This document shows positions 46,103 through 55,239 of a stretch of DNA of 64,000 nt, piece after piece. The notes under the pieces are model-generated. The model did not search any database. It worked only from the letters and a program-made list of their open reading frames with translations, and was not told the origin of the DNA. Origin of the DNA: a virus (lineage: Duplodnaviria; Heunggongvirae; Uroviricota; Caudoviricetes); IMG/VR virus record IMGVR_UViG_3300037067_009442, positions 1-64,000 of that record. One strand, 5' to 3'. How positions within the stretch are numbered: position 1 is the stretch's first letter; every line of letters starts with the position of its first letter. The translations under genes were made by a program, and so were the position numbers.

Positions 46103-46212
46103 TTACTGCCCCGATTACTCGAGGACTTCATAGTAGATACTACGAGCTAACCCTGAAGATCTCAACCGATAAAGGTCTCTGGAGATCAAAGTCTAGTTGC
46201 ATGAGATGTAGG

Positions 46213-46548
46213 TTAGAACTTGAAGCCTGGATCATCCCCAGAGGTGAATACCTGACACGTCAATGGGTCAGGGTACGCATCAAAGAAGACTGTAGCTTTT
46301 GTAGCCCGGAAGCATAGGGAGTACTTGACGTGTCGTTTTCCACCTCCAAGCCTACCCGGGTAGTTTTGAGTCTCGAAGTCCTCTACGTTTGGATCATTGC
46401 GTAGCTGCTCGAGGAAGGCTTCGTGAGCTTGGTTTCGGAGCCGCAGGGCGAGCTCGGCCCCCTCAGTCCAAACTACCTGAGAGCGACCTTCCTCCGCTTC
46501 TGAGCTGGTTACTACCACGGCCCATCGGTCAACCTGAATGCTTTTCAT
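46213..46548 (-). CDS. hypothetical protein
   Basis: Protein-like ORF. Confidence 0.6.
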   Translation of the reverse strand: MKSIQVDRWAVVVTSSEAEEGRSQVVWTEGAELALRLRNQAHEAFLEQLRNDPNVEDFETQNYPGRLGGGKRHVKYSLCFRATKATVFFDAYPDPLTCQVFTSGDDPGFKF

Positions 46549-46812
46549 GCAAGTTCGCTTTGCCTAAAAGATTTGACTTCTTGTTATTGAAGGGTCACGG
46601 TTCGAGTGCGCTTCTTACTCTAATTGATCACTTTAGGCTTTCCTTAAGAGTTTTGGTTTCATTCTTTCGACCAAAAAGCGAGGGTTACGACCACTCGCTA
46701 AATGCTCCCGGATGGGAGGCCTCACTTTTTGAGGTAAAGATATGCAAGTTGGCTGATTGTACACTAAAGTGAGAGTCACCGGTGTAGAATCCTTGCCAAG
46801 AATCGAGGAACT

Positions 46813-47247
46813 ATGCCAGCTACCAAGCCAGCTACTAAGAAGAAGGCTGCACAGTCAAAAAAGGGGGCCGGAAGACCAAGGAAGGTACCTAAGTCAGCTC
46901 TATTGGACGGGCCCCTTATGCCCGATACCTCTCAGTCGACTCCACCTGAGGTCAGGGTCTTACTTATTGATACCCCTAAGCCCCCTGGACTCCAGTTGGT
47001 CCTAAGGGAGATTCAAGCCTTGGACGCCATAGTTGTGGATAGTAACCAAATACTCACTGCACATGGTCTCCCGCCGGTGATGAATCGAAACTGCATTGCC
47101 GGATCGATCATCCTTAATGAAGCTCGGAGGCGGGGTGTCTTTCCGGTAGTAGATAAAACGGATGATACCCCTAATGAGGTACTCACTCCGGACGGAAAGA
47201 CAATTTCCTCAGCTGTACTTGACTCCAATGGGGATCGGTTATCGTGA
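46813..47247 (+). CDS. protein with Lys-rich AT-hook-like N-terminus
   Basis: KKGAGRPRK; GAGG RBS. Confidence 0.65.
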   Translation: MPATKPATKKKAAQSKKGAGRPRKVPKSALLDGPLMPDTSQSTPPEVRVLLIDTPKPPGLQLVLREIQALDAIVVDSNQILTAHGLPPVMNRNCIAGSIILNEARRRGVFPVVDKTDDTPNEVLTPDGKTISSAVLDSNGDRLS

Positions 47248-47546
47248 ATAACCTAAGGAGTCTCTTACTCATCATCACGGTGGAACTGATGAAGGTACCG
47301 CCTGACCTTCAAGATGTGACGGAGGAAGTAGCTGACAAGCTTTGTCGCCTCTTTAGGGAGAAGGTACTGATCAGAGAGTCTTGCAACTTTGATGGGTCTT
47401 CAGAGTGGGTCATAGCGGTGCAATCCTACAAGACTCCTGAGGAGGCCGTTGCCTTGATGGACGAGTTTATTGAGTACTATTGGAACGTTCACTCCCGAGA
47501 ACCGAAGTACAAAGAACTCCTCCCCACTGTAGAATTCCCCGCCTGA
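47244..47546 (+). CDS. hypothetical protein
   Basis: Coupled ORF. Confidence 0.6.
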   Translation: MNNLRSLLLIITVELMKVPPDLQDVTEEVADKLCRLFREKVLIRESCNFDGSSEWVIAVQSYKTPEEAVALMDEFIEYYWNVHSREPKYKELLPTVEFPA

Positions 47547-47556
47547 AAGAGTAGTC

Positions 47557-48102
47557 ATGAAAGACAGGGTAATCGGATTTGAAGCCGTGGAGATCATTGG
47601 AGTAGGTCTTGTCAACGTGATCAAGTGCCAGTCCTGTGAGAAGATCATCAACTACAATGGTCACCTACCCCGGGTGTGTCCTCATTGCAATCAAGTAGTG
47701 GACAAGAGCTACTTACAGAACTCTAGGAGTAGGTATACCCGACAGTTGATCGTGTCCGACTGGTTACTCAAGACCTTTGGTGAGGACTCCCTGAGCCGCC
47801 ACAATCGAGCCCTTCGCTTCCTAGAAGAGGCTATCGAACTGGTTCAAGCGGAAGGTCTACTCATTGAGGAGGCTCAGAAGCTTCTTGAGTACGTCTACTC
47901 CCGACCGCTTGGGAGCCCTCCCCAAGAAGCCGGCGGGGTTGGTCTTGCCCTTCTAGCCTATTGCGAATCAATTGGCTACTCTGCCGATCACCTTGAGACG
48001 GATGAAATCGAGAGGGTCTTAGCTCTTGACCCTGATCACTTTCGCAAGCGACAAGCGGAGAAGATAGCTGCGGGAGTCGCCCCTGAGACCCCGAAGGAAT
48101 AG
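47557..48102 (+). CDS. Zn ribbon fused to MazG-like (all-alpha NTP pyrophosphatase-like) domain
   Basis: CQSC...CPHC; RFLEEAIELVQA...QEAGGV. Confidence 0.6.
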   Translation: MKDRVIGFEAVEIIGVGLVNVIKCQSCEKIINYNGHLPRVCPHCNQVVDKSYLQNSRSRYTRQLIVSDWLLKTFGEDSLSRHNRALRFLEEAIELVQAEGLLIEEAQKLLEYVYSRPLGSPPQEAGGVGLALLAYCESIGYSADHLETDEIERVLALDPDHFRKRQAEKIAAGVAPETPKE

Positions 48103-48104
48103 TC

Positions 48105-48296
48105 ATGGCAGAACGATGTAATCTTTGCCCTCAGTGCCGTTCACGTCAAGTCGAAGTGGTGACCGTCCATAACCCGGACACTCAGGACATGAACTCGAAC
48201 GCTACCCTCAAATGCGGAGAGTGTGGCCACACTTGGGAGGATAGGGTTATGTCTGAGCACCACAGGGAGAAACGGAGAAGAGGTCTTGCTATATGA
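48105..48296 (+). CDS. small Zn-ribbon protein
   Basis: CPQC...CGECGHTW. Confidence 0.7.
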   Translation: MAERCNLCPQCRSRQVEVVTVHNPDTQDMNSNATLKCGECGHTWEDRVMSEHHREKRRRGLAI

Positions 48297-48643
48297 CTCC
48301 AGCTGCCAAGCACTACCTCGACTTCCTCTCTCTTAACGGCGAAGATCCTATCTCATTAGAGGGTATCCATAAGTCCATTGAGAGTCGGGTAGATACTCCT
48401 GAGGGTCGGGTAGAGTTGCTCAACCTTTGGCTCGAGTCAACTCACCTAGTGATAATCAACTCCAAGCGAAACCCCGAGACTCTCTTGGATAACATCCAAG
48501 AGGTTATTGCCTTCATTGCCATCTTCAACCCTGAAGAGATGCCTATCACTCAGATGTGTGAGGTCTGGAAGGTACTCAGGGAGTTAGCGGAGTTGACTTA
48601 CCCCCGCCCCACTAGATTTGAACACATCTTGAGAGGTGATTAG
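48293..48643 (+). CDS. paralog 1 of T..GR family, C-terminal PTRFEH tag
   Basis: Ends PRPTRFEHILRGD. Confidence 0.8.
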   Translation: MTPAAKHYLDFLSLNGEDPISLEGIHKSIESRVDTPEGRVELLNLWLESTHLVIINSKRNPETLLDNIQEVIAFIAIFNPEEMPITQMCEVWKVLRELAELTYPRPTRFEHILRGD

Positions 48644-48646
48644 ATC

Positions 48647-49087
48647 ATGGAGCCTCAATTCGAACGTTACATTGACTGGTACCTTGGTCTACAAGTTAGT
48701 GGTCCTACTAGCTTGAGTAGTAGGACCTTTAGGGAAATCGTTTCCGAGCACATTCAAACCAGAGTGGGGAGGCAGAGGTTAGTACAGAGTCTGCTTAACC
48801 CCTCAAGGTTGAGGATTCAATCTCACCATCGGAGTGGGTTGAGAGTACAACCGCTTCGAAGGCATATCCTCGAGATTGAGAACTTCATCGCTATTCTCCC
48901 TGACAATGAGCGGTTCACTGCCCCAGTTCAGGAATTGAGAACTATCCTTGTTGAGCTGATAGAATTGCTTGACGTAGACTTCAATAGGCCTCGGGCTGAG
49001 TCAGTACCAAGTGATCCTGAGGTAGAGGAGTACGAAGGTCCCCGCCCAACTCGTTTTGAACGCCTCTTCATGGATGAGGACTCCTGA
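48647..49087 (+). CDS. paralog 2 of T..GR family, C-terminal PTRFER tag
   Basis: Ends PRPTRFERLFMDEDS. Confidence 0.8.
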   Translation: MEPQFERYIDWYLGLQVSGPTSLSSRTFREIVSEHIQTRVGRQRLVQSLLNPSRLRIQSHHRSGLRVQPLRRHILEIENFIAILPDNERFTAPVQELRTILVELIELLDVDFNRPRAESVPSDPEVEEYEGPRPTRFERLFMDEDS

Positions 49088-49455
49088 TGGAACCACACCT
49101 CCAACAATACCTCGATTGGTGGGCTGCTTCACACCCTAAGTCACTAAGCGCTGAAGCCACTCTAATCACCATAACCCGAAGCATAGAGACCCCATTGGGA
49201 AGGGTCGGTTTGATTAATGCTTGGGTGAGCGCTGCTCGGTTTGAGATCAATCAAACCGCTCGGCCCCTTGGGAATAAGTACCCTCAATCACTGGTCAACC
49301 AAGCAAACCACCTCCTTGGTATCCTGACACCTGAGGAGTTACAGAGCCAACCCGCCCTGAACCTACTGGATGCCTACAGGGTTTTGGTAGGGATATGCAA
49401 TACCTACCCTGATACCAGACCTACAAGATTTGAGCACGTCCTAGAGGAACTATGA
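49087..49455 (+). CDS. paralog 3 of T..GR family, C-terminal PTRFEH tag
   Basis: Ends TRPTRFEHVLEEL. Confidence 0.8.
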   Translation: MEPHLQQYLDWWAASHPKSLSAEATLITITRSIETPLGRVGLINAWVSAARFEINQTARPLGNKYPQSLVNQANHLLGILTPEELQSQPALNLLDAYRVLVGICNTYPDTRPTRFEHVLEEL

Positions 49456-50384
49456 TCACCAACGACGACAAACTTGAGATATTCGAGAGCTTCAGGATCG
49501 ACCGTAAGCTCCCGAAGTATGCAAAGCCGGCCTCGGTATACCGAACCTCCAAAAGCAAAGATGAGAACGTGGGGGAGGAGGACTGGGAGCCCGTGATGAT
49601 GAATGGGTCTGGGGTGAACATCTCCATCGGGGAGAAGATGGTCTTCGCTCCAGCTAACTTCAGAGGGGTCCTTACTACAGTTCAGGGACGGCCTGGTCTT
49701 TGGGCACAGAAGCCTGGGATCCTTGGTTGGTTTAAGTACCTAATCTACCTAGTCACACATAAGAAAGAAGAGAAGGCAGCCGCTAAGGTACCTACAATCT
49801 CGATAGCGGAGTTCTTCGCATCGGTGAAGAACTCAGTCCAAGAGCTCGAGCTGATTCAAGAGCGGGCTGCTGGCTATGAGAGGGCCATGGTTCAAGCTCA
49901 GAGCACAGGTCAGACTGCTCTACTAGAGAAGCTCAAGCAGGGCTTGGAGACCAACCGTAACGAGGGGCAGTTGGTTGCTATCGATAACCGGAAGTTCATC
50001 ACCGAAGAAGACCTGGTACGGTTTGTCAAGGTGGCCAAGAAGGGGCTTCGATTGGATTGGGTGGGTAACTTTACCCGAATGATTCCTCCCGAGATTGTCG
50101 AGAAGAAGATCCGGATGGACGAACTAGGGATCTTCGACAACTATGGAGTCCTTCACTACGACCCTGAAGCGAAGTCTTGGTCTGAGACCGAGCTAGAGAA
50201 GGCCAAAAGGATCCGAGACGCTAAGGATCCGATCCTCTTTGGTTTGATGGCCGGAAGTCGAAAACTATACTTCGTCGGGGACTGGGTTGACGAGCAATGT
50301 GACCTGACTCTAGAACAAATTGTGGACCAATTGGGGACTGACGTGGTAAAGCTTCTGGAAGCTCCCAATGAAGATAAAAGGTAA
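49452..50384 (+). CDS. hypothetical phage protein
   Basis: 310 aa; FDNY.VLHYDP, DPILFG, LYFVGDW.DE.CDLT. Confidence 0.8.
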   Translation: MITNDDKLEIFESFRIDRKLPKYAKPASVYRTSKSKDENVGEEDWEPVMMNGSGVNISIGEKMVFAPANFRGVLTTVQGRPGLWAQKPGILGWFKYLIYLVTHKKEEKAAAKVPTISIAEFFASVKNSVQELELIQERAAGYERAMVQAQSTGQTALLEKLKQGLETNRNEGQLVAIDNRKFITEEDLVRFVKVAKKGLRLDWVGNFTRMIPPEIVEKKIRMDELGIFDNYGVLHYDPEAKSWSETELEKAKRIRDAKDPILFGLMAGSRKLYFVGDWVDEQCDLTLEQIVDQLGTDVVKLLEAPNEDKR

Positions 50385-50715
50385 GGCTTTCGTCTCCGGT
50401 CCCTATAGTGCTGCTACTCCGGAAGGTGTAGCAGCTAACGTAGCTGCGGCTGTCAAGGTGGCTCAAGATCTCACTAAGCTGGGTTGGGTGGTGATATGCC
50501 CCAACTTCCAGTTGAACCCTCTTGCTGAACTTCAGGGCTACGACTTCTGGTTGGAGGCTGCGTTACTCCTACTAGGTGACTGTGACATCATGGTTATGGT
50601 CCCTGGGTGGGAGGTTTCAAGCGGAGCCAAGAGAGAACGAGCTCGGGCTCTAGTCCTTCGTGTTCCGATGTTTGAGACCATTCAAGAAGTGGAAGACTTC
50701 TCAGGGCGTAAGTAA
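50368..50715 (+). CDS. DUF4406/nucleoside deoxyribosyltransferase-like protein
   Basis: F.SGPYS...CD.....PGW..S.GA..E. Confidence 0.75.
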   Translation: MKIKGKAFVSGPYSAATPEGVAANVAAAVKVAQDLTKLGWVVICPNFQLNPLAELQGYDFWLEAALLLLGDCDIMVMVPGWEVSSGAKRERARALVLRVPMFETIQEVEDFSGRK

Positions 50716-50724
50716 GGTACCCTG

Positions 50725-51405
50725 ATGCCAGAAGATACTCCTCTCGTGGAAGAAGCTCACCTCTGCAACCTCTGTGGGTGCTCTCTCATCCTCGAACCTA
50801 ATACCGCCCCAGAAGGGCTCGTAGGTGCTGAGATCAACGGTGGGTACCACTCCACTCCTGGAAATGGATCCGGTGCTCTTGATGACGCCACCAAGTACGA
50901 GTTCTCACTTTGCGAGTTCTGTCTTGACTGGCTCTTCAAGCAGTTCAGGCTGCCTCCTAAGGTCGTTGCTTATGGTGAGGTTGAAGAGTACCGCCCTGCA
51001 GACCAAAGGGTCGCTGAGGACGAATGGCGGAGGAAGAAAGACACTTACTACGCGGAGGCTGCTCACAGGTCACTACTTCGAGGTAGAGTTAGTGCCGTGA
51101 CTGAAAAGGTATCGGTATTCGACGTACTGCGGCACTTTGGTAAATTTCAAGGCCAGGGGGATAAGGGAGTGCCCCTCCTTTGCCCTTCCCACAAGGTAGA
51201 TGGAAGAGAAGAGTGTAACCCCTCTGCTTGGGCACTCCCCTACACGGTACATGAAGGCCAAGAGTTGGCGTCTCATGTTTACTGCTATTCCTGTAAAAGG
51301 CGCTGGAGTGCTCATGAGCTTTGGATGGAGTTTAAGGGTGGGTTAGATCCTGCTCGGGCAGTAAGCGAGATGGAGCAAGCCTTCCCTGATAAGTCTGTAC
51401 TCTGA
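50725..51405 (+). CDS. protein with C-terminal primase-type CHC2 zinc finger
   Basis: VS.FDVL...LCP.H......PS....YCYSC. Confidence 0.65.
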   Translation: MPEDTPLVEEAHLCNLCGCSLILEPNTAPEGLVGAEINGGYHSTPGNGSGALDDATKYEFSLCEFCLDWLFKQFRLPPKVVAYGEVEEYRPADQRVAEDEWRRKKDTYYAEAAHRSLLRGRVSAVTEKVSVFDVLRHFGKFQGQGDKGVPLLCPSHKVDGREECNPSAWALPYTVHEGQELASHVYCYSCKRRWSAHELWMEFKGGLDPARAVSEMEQAFPDKSVL

Positions 51406-51611
51406 TGGACTTCTCCGCCGCTCTTCTACTACTCAAGGCTGGAAGGCAGATCAGGCGTAAGGGTAGGTCTATCTGGATCTATCTAGATAAGTATGGACAG
51501 ATCCGGGAACTAGACTTCGACTTTGGGATGCCAGACACGACCCTGTGGGAAGCCTCTCAAGAGTCATTGCTCGCCACAGATTGGGAAGTTAGAGAGCCCT
51601 CCTCCACGTAG
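51405..51611 (+). CDS. DUF2829 / Tad2-like anti-defence protein
   Basis: MDF..AL..LKAG..I.RKG...W.ASQ..LLA.DWEV. Confidence 0.7.
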   Translation: MDFSAALLLLKAGRQIRRKGRSIWIYLDKYGQIRELDFDFGMPDTTLWEASQESLLATDWEVREPSST

Positions 51612-51690
51612 CGAGCTTGAAAAGCTTCCATAGCCCTACTGTTGACATTTGACTAGCTCATGCCAGGAATCCAGTAAGAACGAGCCCTAA

Positions 51691-51960
51691 ATGAAAGCGA
51701 CGATAACCTACAGGGTTGGCCGCATTCCTAACCCTTGGAACAAGGAGCGGCGTGCAGCAGGTGAAGAGACTTGGTGTTTAATCAAAGTCACTACTCCTGA
51801 TTACGGGGATATACTGGAAGACCCTGTGGCTTTATTCAATTTAGATAGTGAGGCAGTAGCCTTCCAAGGGCACCTCATCTCTGTAGACCCAAAAGAAACT
51901 ACACTAAAGGTGGACCCTCTCCTAAAAGAAGCAGGGCTACTCAGGAAGAGGGGGATCTGA
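51691..51960 (+). CDS. hypothetical protein
   Basis: Packed ORF. Confidence 0.65.
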   Translation: MKATITYRVGRIPNPWNKERRAAGEETWCLIKVTTPDYGDILEDPVALFNLDSEAVAFQGHLISVDPKETTLKVDPLLKEAGLLRKRGI

Positions 51961-52193
51961 TGGCAACTCACGAAGAAGATCTCAAGCAGATCAACTCAGA
52001 CATCAAGCTCATTGAGGCCGAGATAGCTTCGAATGAAGAAGAGGTCGACCGTATCAACCCAATAGAAGGTACTCTCAAGAGGGAAACTTACCTTCGCCTT
52101 CGTAATAAGTACCTTCAAGAGAAACTCTCCAAATTGAAAGACCAAAAGAAGAGAAAGATCGAAGTAATCGATTGGGAGAGAAGGACTAGGTAG
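51960..52193 (+). CDS. small coiled-coil protein
   Basis: Coupled ORF. Confidence 0.6.
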   Translation: MATHEEDLKQINSDIKLIEAEIASNEEEVDRINPIEGTLKRETYLRLRNKYLQEKLSKLKDQKKRKIEVIDWERRTR

Positions 52194-52195
52194 CT

Positions 52196-52570
52196 ATGGA
52201 CGAAGTGAAGATCCAAGAACTCAACCCTGAACTCATTGTAGACGTACCTTGGAAGTACCGTAAACCATGCCCTGATGACATGGCCCTCGTGGTAGTCCAT
52301 GAGGGGCGAGGTGAAATACTCGACCACATTGGCCCTGGACTTCAGTATGTTGAGGATTCCGGGATGAGGAGCGACTACTTCGATCCCTGCTGTGAAGGTC
52401 AATCCTCTGGGGTCTTCATCTGGGAAGGGCGAATGGCAACCGAGACGTATGCCAACGGGGAGCATGATTACTACCTTGATGGTACCTTTCGCCCTGCGAC
52501 CAAGGAAGAATGGTACGCCTACCTTGAAGGAAAACCCCCTTGGGATCCCTCCCGTTGGGTTGAGGGCTAG
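52196..52570 (+). CDS. hypothetical protein, untagged paralog of 17408 ORF
   Basis: Shared motifs, no PTRF tail. Confidence 0.8.
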   Translation: MDEVKIQELNPELIVDVPWKYRKPCPDDMALVVVHEGRGEILDHIGPGLQYVEDSGMRSDYFDPCCEGQSSGVFIWEGRMATETYANGEHDYYLDGTFRPATKEEWYAYLEGKPPWDPSRWVEG

Positions 52571-52908
52571 CGCTTCTTCTTGGGGGTCTTATCCTCCCAC
52601 ACGAAGGCCTCCAACAACTCTCGGAAGTTGACCGGTACTAACTCGGGCTTGATCACAATGACTCGATTCGGGTACTGAAGTGTCCCAATCTTACTCAACT
52701 TGGGGGGGTATCGGATCGGATCCCAATGGGACATGTCATCATCGACTCCCACTACGGTGATTCGGTCCCTAGACCCTTCAATGTTAGGCTCTGCCTCACT
52801 GTTGACCTTGAGTACTCTGCCAATCTTTAGTGCGGCACAACGACCTAGTGAGTGACCATAGGCAATATACGACCCGACAATGATGTCTTGGCTGAGTTTG
52901 TCCTTCAT
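52567..52908 (-). CDS. hypothetical phage protein
   Basis: D..GQDI.VG..IAY-like start; GGTGTA box upstream. Confidence 0.7.
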   Translation of the reverse strand: MKDKLSQDIIVGSYIAYGHSLGRCAALKIGRVLKVNSEAEPNIEGSRDRITVVGVDDDMSHWDPIRYPPKLSKIGTLQYPNRVIVIKPELVPVNFRELLEAFVWEDKTPKKKR

Positions 52909-52915
52909 TGTCCTT

Positions 52916-52943
52916 ACTAATACACCGGATCTGGTGTATTAGT
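52916..52943. promoter_or_regulatory. divergent GGTGTA boxes in an 11-bp inverted repeat
   Basis: actaatacacc-ggatct-ggtgtattagt between divergent ATGs. Confidence 0.7.
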
Positions 52944-52951
52944 CACCTAGG

Positions 52952-53269
52952 ATGCAGACTATATCCGTCACCCTTCGAGCTATCGGGAACCTTGCCCTTC
53001 AGGTTGAGGTCTATGCAAAGACCAAGTTGGTCAAAGAGTGCCTGGAGAAAACTATAGAGGAGGCACTTGGTTGCTATGGCAAGGAAGGACCCGACTTCAA
53101 TGGGGGTTACCCTTTCTACCTCTTGAGTAAGACTGTGGAGGTACTTGAGATCAATCACCCCAATAGCAATTGGTATATCACCTACTGGGACACTAAATCC
53201 CAGCCCTGGGAGATGCGCTATAACCGGCCTGAGAAGATAGCTGTTGTCCCTCGGAAGAATGCGGGTTGA
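52952..53269 (+). CDS. hypothetical protein
   Basis: Follows GGTGTA box. Confidence 0.65.
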   Translation: MQTISVTLRAIGNLALQVEVYAKTKLVKECLEKTIEEALGCYGKEGPDFNGGYPFYLLSKTVEVLEINHPNSNWYITYWDTKSQPWEMRYNRPEKIAVVPRKNAG

Positions 53270-53289
53270 TCGGTGTAATGCAGCCCTAG

Positions 53290-54921
53290 ATGCCCGACTC
53301 AGAGATCCTTCTAGGTGATTGTCTTGCTGTACTGAAGACACTCGAAGCTGACTCCTTCGACTCAATGGTGACCGACCCGCCGGCCGGTATCGCCTTCATG
53401 AATAGTGAATGGGATACTTACAAGATGGATGCCTTTGAGGATATGCTCACCAAGGTATTCCTCGAGGCCTACCGAGTATTGAAGCCAGGAGCTCATGTCC
53501 TTGTATGGTCTATCCCAAGGACGGGGCATCGCACTGCTTGTGCTATTGAGCGGGCTGGGTTTGCACCTCGAGATGCCCTCGACAATGTGAAGGACCGCAG
53601 CCCTGAAGTTCAAGCCTTCCTCGAGAGTCTCACTGAGGAGCAGGTCGAGCTGCTTGTGCGAGCTGGACCTGCTGATGCCTTCGTGCTCCACATGTTTGGT
53701 CAGGGTTTTCCCAAGTCAATGAACGTGGGGAAAGCTATTGACAAGCTCAAGGGGGCTAAACGAACTAATTCCCTTGGGCTAAAGCCGGGGCACGAGCACT
53801 TAGAGAGTGCTGGCCTAGGATTCAAGAGTGCTTCCGCTGAGGGGTTCAGTAGGCCTTGGATGAAGGATCAGGAAGCAGTAGAGCAGTACCATCAGAAGAT
53901 GGCACCAGCGACCCCAGAGGCTGCTCAATGGGAGGGTTTTGGGACTGCACTCAAGCCAGCGGTTGAGACGTGGTGGCTAGCTCGGAAGCCCCTTCAAGAG
54001 GACACGGTTGCGGAGCAGGTACTAGCTACTGGGACAGGGGCTCTCAACATTGACGGTTGTCGTGTAGGTTATACTAAAGAAGTCCCAGGTAGTGCTAATA
54101 GTCATACCTCAGGTATAGTCTTAAGTGGATCAGTAGATGGTACTCTTAGAAATGAAACAGGAGAAGAGAGCGGCCATAACCCTAACATCGGTAGGTGGCC
54201 TGCAAACGTTGTTCTCCAACATGGGCCTGATTGTAAGCTGGTTGGAAAGAAGAAGATCAAAGGTAAGAAGCCGGAGAAGTCAGAGAAACCTACCGAGAAC
54301 AACCTTTATGGTAGCTATGGAAAGCGAAGTTTGAATGGATTCTATGCCTCTGAGGACGGTACAGAACCCGTTGATGCCTGGGAATGCGCCTCAGGTTGCC
54401 CTGTTAAAACCCTAGATGAGCAGAGCGGGAACCGTCCTGGAATGTCTGGGGGTGGTACTCATAGCAAAGACTATGAGGGTGGTTTGTTTGGTGGCATTGA
54501 TAGCGCCAATACAGCGAGAAACGACTCAGGGGGGGCGTCAAGGTTCTTCAATCAGTTCGAACCCGACATTGAAGCTCCTCCGTTCTTCTACACAGGGAAG
54601 ATCACCTCCTCTGAACGCAAAGAAGATCTTGAGGAAGAGGAGTTAGTCAACAAGCACCCTACGGTCAAATCTAAGAAGCTCATGCGTCACTTGGTCCGGT
54701 TGATCACTCCTCCCAAGGGGAGAGTTCTAGACCCCTTCTGCGGGTCAGGGAGCACTATCGTTGCTGCTATCGAGGAGGGGATGGTTGGTACTGGCATCGA
54801 ACGAGACCCAGGATTTCACGAGATTGCCACCAAACGGGTACAATCAGCCCTTCAGAAGCAAGAAACAGTCAAGCAAGCTCAAGAAGCTTGGGATCTAGCC
54901 TTCGGATTGGAAAGCGAGTAA
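53290..54921 (+). CDS. DNA N4/N6 methyltransferase (beta class)
   Basis: GDCL, TDPPA (motif IV variant), HPTVK, VLDPFCGSGST (motif I). Confidence 0.9.
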   Translation: MPDSEILLGDCLAVLKTLEADSFDSMVTDPPAGIAFMNSEWDTYKMDAFEDMLTKVFLEAYRVLKPGAHVLVWSIPRTGHRTACAIERAGFAPRDALDNVKDRSPEVQAFLESLTEEQVELLVRAGPADAFVLHMFGQGFPKSMNVGKAIDKLKGAKRTNSLGLKPGHEHLESAGLGFKSASAEGFSRPWMKDQEAVEQYHQKMAPATPEAAQWEGFGTALKPAVETWWLARKPLQEDTVAEQVLATGTGALNIDGCRVGYTKEVPGSANSHTSGIVLSGSVDGTLRNETGEESGHNPNIGRWPANVVLQHGPDCKLVGKKKIKGKKPEKSEKPTENNLYGSYGKRSLNGFYASEDGTEPVDAWECASGCPVKTLDEQSGNRPGMSGGGTHSKDYEGGLFGGIDSANTARNDSGGASRFFNQFEPDIEAPPFFYTGKITSSERKEDLEEEELVNKHPTVKSKKLMRHLVRLITPPKGRVLDPFCGSGSTIVAAIEEGMVGTGIERDPGFHEIATKRVQSALQKQETVKQAQEAWDLAFGLESE

Positions 54922-54924
54922 GCC

Positions 54925-55239
54925 ATGTCAGTACCTTCAATCACTACCCTAGAAGCTCTCCAAGCGGATCTCAATAATCGTCAGGGGGTTCACGAAATCC
55001 TGTTCGTCAACGGTAAGCCTTACGTAGGAGAGATGGAGTTCAATCGTCGCAAGGGCTTCCATTGGGACGGTGGGAGAACTGGCAGTGTCTTCATTACCCC
55101 TCACGTTGACACTGCAAGTGAAGTGGTGCTAGTAGACCTCCAGTACCTTCGGCTTCGAAAGTGCATTCTCGAAACCAACGTGATACCCTACGAGAAGAAG
55201 CAGGAATGGAGAGCTATTGATCTCCCGGAAGACCGATGA
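54925..55239 (+). CDS. hypothetical protein
   Basis: Packed ORF. Confidence 0.65.
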   Translation: MSVPSITTLEALQADLNNRQGVHEILFVNGKPYVGEMEFNRRKGFHWDGGRTGSVFITPHVDTASEVVLVDLQYLRLRKCILETNVIPYEKKQEWRAIDLPEDR

